64,000 nt of DNA from Chrysomallon squamiferum (Eukaryota; Animalia; Mollusca): positions 13,888,001 through 13,952,000 of the forward strand of contig CM022677.1 of the NCBI GenBank assembly GCA_012295275.1, written 5' to 3'. This document shows, in pieces, positions 54,039-64,000 of this stretch. The notes under the pieces are model-generated. The model was not told where the DNA came from. It was given only the letters and a program-made list of their open reading frames with translations, and ran no database searches. How positions within the stretch are numbered: the stretch's first letter is position 1; each line of letters starts with the position of its first letter. Both the position numbers and the translations under genes were made by a program.

Positions 54039-55398
54039 TAAAAAAAAACCCAAAAAAACCAAACACAATGCCATCCTTAATTAAGTACATCAGTGACAAC
54101 AAAGATATGTATAAATTCTTAAGATCTTTCAATTCACCTCAATTTCTATATAAATGTCATTATCATCTTTGTCAGTTAAAGAGGTGAATGGAAAAAGAAA
54201 AGACAGTGTAAATGCATCAACCCACTGTTTGATCTTTCTTATGTGATCAACACTAACGTTTTCAACATAAGTAATAATTACTTCCATTGTACAACTGAGT
54301 CTCATCTCCTACAAAAACATACAATTATATTTGAACTGATTTTACTTGTAGAATTCTCTGGTTATTAATTATTACTACTTTTATATATAAATAAATAAAA
54401 AATAAACAAATATAAAAATAAGTAAAATGAAGTAAGAAGACAGCGGAAACATAGAGAAAATATTTTGCATAGAATTTTGTGAAAGACAGATGAATTATTT
54501 AAAACTGAAATAAAATGGAAAAGTTTACAATGAATAATGTATTTAAATACCTGCTGAACAGCACCAAATACTTCAACTCTACTGGAGACTCAAGCTGCTC
54601 TTTGTTCCAAAATGTCAATCAGAGTTTGTATTTATCAACAATTTCTTGAATATTTCTATCCTTAACAAGCTGATTTAACTTCTGAAAATAAACAGTTTAA
54701 ATCCACAGTTTGGTATATTGGTTTCTTCAGTTCCTATAAATACATGATGAAAGATCTGAATGTCATTCAGTAAATACTGACATTTCCTTGTTATTAAACA
54801 ATTCAATAAATTAAATCAGCACGAACCAATATAATTATAGTAAACTAAAAATTGAAATATAACCTTTTTTAAATATTTTGTTTTGTATTATAATGGGATT
54901 TAATGATGCTAAAACAGAATTTTTCATTCAGAAACACCTTTAACAAAATTAATATAGATCTGTATGAACTGATTTAATGATACCTCAACATCATTCCTTA
55001 AGTCACGTAGTTCTTGTGAGTTAGAAATGAAACTGTTTTGATTACTCCTAGTACAAACATAAGCTAAAAAAGAATAAAACAATGCTAATGGAAGTATACT
55101 AAGTCACCTGCTGCTCAACTTCCAGGTTTTTGTCTTTGCCACTGTCACACACAGCAATCACAGTCATCTGCCAAGTGGTTTCACTTTAATGTTTTTCTTT
55201 GCCTGGTTTTAGTCCATTCAAGATTTTCAAGTTTTTCTCCTGATATTTAACTGCTGAGATTGGTGACCTGGTGTAAGACTCTCCAACTCAAGAATTGTTG
55301 ACATGGTCGGCTTCAATGTCCAGGTCACCAAAACTGAGCTTTTCATCAGCAGAACTTTGAACAACTCTGAGTCAGAGTCACATTGGTGGGCGCACTGC
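51680..55398 (-). pseudogene. LRMP: IRAG/LRMP (JAW1/MRVI1-domain) tail-anchored coiled-coil gene fragment, introns retained
   Basis: Exons: 55398-55108; 55047-54984 (QELRDLRNDVE); 54681-54551 (KLNQLVKDRNIQEIVDK..(frameshift)IDILEQRAA*VSSRVEVFGAVQQ); 54308- (EMRLSCTMEVIITYVENV); 53969-53917; 53667-53621 (GSERSMSMCGLNAALK); 52598-~52210 (with hydrophobic YFIAACTVFIFDVCLVILIFI); possible last exon from 51720. The core matches the remembered MRVI1-domain motif AARxxSRAExxGAxxQExRxSKAxEVMxQxVENL. In-frame stops are present. Confidence 0.82.
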
Positions 55399-55707
55399 CT
55401 AGTTTGAGTAAATAAATAATTAAATAAACCAATAAATAAAATACTGTAAAAAATATAAAATATTTACTGCATTTACTGCACCTACTTATGTTAGAAATAT
55501 GGCATGTTAGAAATATTATGGTTAGTCGCCCCAAAAAATATTATTTGGGTGATCTGTTTTTTTTCTAAAAGTGTATAACACAAGATAATAATTTTATAAT
55601 AATTTTATCGAAATATTGATTTCACATAAAACAAGTACCCATAGTTCCATAAGTTGGACGTATCGGCTTACATAATTTGCTAACATCTATTTATAAACAG
55701 TACGTTA

Positions 55708-55935
55708 AAGGATTATCGGTTGGTTAACGGAACAAGTTATCATAGGAGATAACTTTGTAACTAATTGTTTGCTATTGTTTTTCCTTTTCAATTCCACCTT
55801 TAATTGGCTAAAGTGAAGCCAACGAACAAATTCAGCGAACTTTTAGAGCTTTACGTTCATAATTATCGGTTGGTTAACGGAACAAGTTATCATGGAAGAT
55901 AACTCTATAACCTTGTATTTGCTATTGTTTTTCGT
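55708..55935. repeat. Two direct copies of a ~70 bp motif, ~150 bp apart
   Basis: attatcggttggttaacggaacaagttatcat..agataact..taac..tttgctattgtttttc at ~55713 and ~55862. Confidence 0.8.
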
Positions 55936-56029
55936 TTTCCCATGGGAAATTTCACTCAGTGTCCTTTCACGTTGCTTTCCTTTAATTTTTATTTCTTTTG
56001 AAAAATCAAAGAGTATAATACTGTAAATT

Positions 56030-56060
<31 letters not shown>

Positions 56061-56109
56061 TTCTTATTATTATTATTATATAATTCCATTTTTGTCAAGG
56101 TTTGTTTTT

Positions 56110-60102
<3,993 letters not shown>

Positions 60103-60579
60103 TTTTCTGTTGCCTCCTGCTTCTCTCTATGAAGAGTCCAAACTGTTATTATTATTATTGTTCTATCTATATCTTTGTGCATCTTGATTATGTCATCAAT
60201 TTTACAGTCTAACATGTAAAACAAGTTTCCGTGGTGAAGACACTGTTAGTTAAAAAATACAGGAAAAGGTGAAGAATTTGAAATAAATATAAAAAATAGA
60301 ATATTATTTTCCTGATTCTACACTTTGCTTTATAAACTGCGCTGCTGGATAAGCTTAATGCTTCTTTTTTTTTAATTGTTTACTACTGATAATATCTTTT
60401 CATGGCTCTCTAAAACAAATTTTATAAAACTATACATATATTTATTTATTTATTTATATATTTTGTTGTTGTTGAGAAATACAGAGGGCCTTTCAAATAA
60501 ACCATATTTTTAAATATGGTAACCAATATTACACCAGTTAATCATTAATTTCTGTGTATAATTTCATATTTAATTTGGT

Positions 60580-61135
60580 AGTTTTCTGAAGATAATTTGA
60601 GACTGTTCGAATGAATTTACGTTTTTAATTAGTACCAGCTGTGCAGTTTATACGACTAAACTGAGACTGAGTGGAAATTACGTTCCATCTTAGTTAAAAA
60701 CCCACTGCTTACATCGATATTTTATTACGTTCACCTTTGATTTGCATCATAATAAATATATATATATAAGCTGTCAGCTAAAGGAATATCATCGGCTTTT
60801 CAAGAATAATCTTGATAGCCGTTAATAACAGTAAATGTCGCTGTGAAAACTGCGCTCATGTTTACATCAGTTATTATAAACGTATCAACAAAAATGAATG
60901 GATTCTTATAAAGTAAAAGCTCAGTTTTCAGCACCACAGAGAGCTTTTTAGTGAAGTCTGTTCTGCTGTTAATCAAATATCACTTTAACCTGGATATGAC
61001 CTGTTAGTTTTATAGTGGCATTCAGCGCTCAACTTGTAAATTCAGAAATAAATATTTTAATGACTAGATATACAGGGGAAGCCACTCTATTGTGACAATA
61101 TATTTCTCTTGACCTGAGTTACAGTTTCTTCTCTA

Positions 61136-61169
<34 letters not shown>

Positions 61170-61770
61170 AAAAATTAATACTGCAGACGTGAGAAGTTAC
61201 ACTTTACTTGAATCACAGAATTTGATTTTGCGAAGCAAACGACATTAATATTAAAATTCACAGAGATAAGCGAAGTAATTCACGTTTTATACATAACACC
61301 AGTGACGTTTATATCATAAATTGATACTGAATGACAATAACGTGATGTTTTACTATGTTTTACCTCTATTTTGCGCCATAAACAATACTGATAATTTCAC
61401 TTACAGTTACATTTTATTCTACTAGGAGATATCTACTGTATTAATATTATAATTGGTAAAAAAACAACATGCCTATCCATACGTCTTCTACAAAACTTTA
61501 AGAATATTTTGTAAAGAACACAATAGTATAAATTTAAAACCTACTTTAATGGAATCTCAGCAATTTATATTCGAGAATTAATGACGTAAATATCATATTT
61601 AGTTTCTAGGAGCTGAGTTTTCTGAAGATAATTTGAGAACGCTGGACAGAATTTACGTTTTATTTTACTACCAGCAGTTTAGAGGAATAAATTGAGACAA
61701 TGAGCGAAAATTACCTTAAGCTTATAATAACTGTACTGCTGTTTAACACTGATATTTTTACACGTCATTA
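60580..61770 (+). repeat. Diverged direct repeat pair (~60580-60735 and ~61615-61770)
   Basis: agttttctgaagataatttgaga..gaatttacgtttt..taccagc..tgagac..aaattac..gatatttt is shared. Confidence 0.7.
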
Positions 61771-62785
61771 TCAAACCAAATTTAAAATGTCAAGAATTTT
61801 TGTAGTTTACCTCGAAAATTAATATTTCATTGTATTAAATCACCTCTGAATATAATAATAATAATAGATAAATATAGATAAAATACAGAATGACTGAGTG
61901 AAAATACATTAATAAGTTTCCCTTTTCCCAGACTTCTCCGTGTTTTCTTTTTATTAGGTGCAAAACTGAATATCTTGGTAATTATATTCTTATTTTATAG
62001 TAGACATATTTCACTTCAGAAAATTAATTGATATACTTTTCTATTAACAATAGGAAAAGTCAGACAGCTACCTGTCATCTGCAGAAAATTATTCTTATTA
62101 TCAAGTTAACGCGTTTTTAATAAAATATATCAAAATCTTCTTTGCTGTAACTGAAAATAAAATTTTATTTTTCGACTATGTCAAGGTTATCAAAATTTAG
62201 TTTAAGAAACGACGCAATGTTGTTTTCTGTTACATACCCACATATTATTGTGAAACACGGCGCTGTATAACGTCAAACATTTTGTGTTTCACAATTAGAG
62301 AATACAAAAAAGAAAGGTGATACTGCTGGAAAAGGTTATTAAAATCAAATAACGCCGTATAAATAAAGTAAATATTTCATTTTTATTTATGAAAAATAAA
62401 ATTAAAAAATCATGTTTAGTTAATATGACAGAATGTAGAATCAGTAAAAATCGAGAATTACAGAACAGGTTAAGTGATAACAAAAAATGTTTAAACTTTA
62501 ATAACAAATAAGTCATTGTGTGAGTATAAGTGCGTTATTATTAATTTTTTTCCCCACAATTTATTGATTATATATTACAGACAAATACGAGTATCTCTGG
62601 ATAATGTATTAAGACTGCAGATGAAGAGAAGGCTTTTAGAGTCACAGCGGTTATTCTGACAAACTGAGAATTACATTTCTACAGATATCTGAAGAAAAAC
62701 TGCGCGTCGGAATTTACGTTGTATTCACTGTCAGTATTTTTATTATTAACATGACATGTTTATATGATTAAATTGAGGTTTGTCT

Positions 62786-62855
<70 letters not shown>

Positions 62856-64000
62856 AAAAATTTTGAATGAGTACTGAGGTGTGTGTTTGATTGTTGTGGG
62901 ATTTTTTTTATTTTTAATATTAAAAATAATAATAATAATATAAAATAAATAAAATAATGCGAATGAGCTAGCTATATTTTCTAAATATAGAAATATATTT
63001 TGTAGTACAGCAAACATATTATTATGTTAATATTTCAGATAAAATAGTGCTGACGGAAATAAATGACATAACGCAGTACAAATAGAGAAAATGTCAGGTT
63101 TTTTATTTTCATTTTTGTTTTATCAATCTTAGTTTACTTGTATAAGCTTTGCAAGCATTAGAAAAAAATACACACAATTGTTTTTCTTTCTTTTCTAATT
63201 TACTTTTTACTTCTTTTTTTTTTTCTTGCTGAGCACTGTTTATAAAAATATATTGAAACTTTTTTAAAAGCTTATGGCACAAGAGAAAAAATATTTTATT
63301 ATAAATGATATTAACATGATGAAGTACCTTTTCTGAAGACTGATAAAAAAGATATATATATATATATGTATATATAGTCTTTATGTGTAAGAGCCGTATG
63401 TAGTTTTAATAACGTCAAGACTATTAAATTTTGAGTATTTTTAATTGTTTAATAATAATAATAATAATAATGAAAGTGAATTCATTTACACAACAGTACT
63501 CACATTAATATATTTTATTCTCAACTTGTTAATGTAACCGTTCTGACTCTAGAAGACTGTACTTATAAATAATAAACTGATAGATAATTAAATGTATCTC
63601 ACTCTTCTCTGTCATATAGTCTTTTCTTTTTACAATATTTGTTAAATAAAGAATAAGGCAGCACTTAATAGTCTTAATAGTACGCAGCACATCTAATTAT
63701 CACTCTAATATGCTGTGTAAACATTAATTCTAGCGATCAAGCATTTCACTTTATAAAGGTTTATGTTGATTCATACCATCAGCCTGTAATTAATCTTCAC
63801 TTTTTGTCTGAAAGTCTGGTTTTCTATTAACTTGAACGTCACAACAGTAATTATCCTTTAGTTACTAGCAGTAGTGTAAATTAATATACTTTAATAGTAT
63901 GAATCATTTTCTGCAAATTTATTTAATGCAAAGTTTATATTTACTGCCAGTAGAGCTGTTTTAATGAATACACTGATATTTAGTTATAATAACCTATATT

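Overview
Very AT-rich, microsatellite-dense eukaryotic DNA with GT-AG introns. It is an invertebrate animal, probably a lophotrochozoan/mollusc (inferred from gene families and repeat style), with a 200-N gap at 45337-45536. I found no clearly intact protein-coding gene. The window is a mosaic of disabled copies of at least six unrelated host genes: EGFR (TM + kinase, +), a RING-coiled-coil-beta-propeller TRIM-like gene (-, only two lesions), a calcium-binding EGF-repeat gene (-), MCC (-), prolyl 4-hydroxylase alpha (intronless, -, plus an inverted second copy) and an IRAG/LRMP(JAW1)-family gene (-). These are interspersed with transposon relics (Sola-type, LINE, FLYWCH-MULE, LTR, Tigger-like MITE), local segmental duplications, minisatellites and a ~650 bp foldback palindrome. 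Most ORFs in the supplied track are microsatellite artefacts. All family calls come from manual translation and remembered motifs, not database searches.
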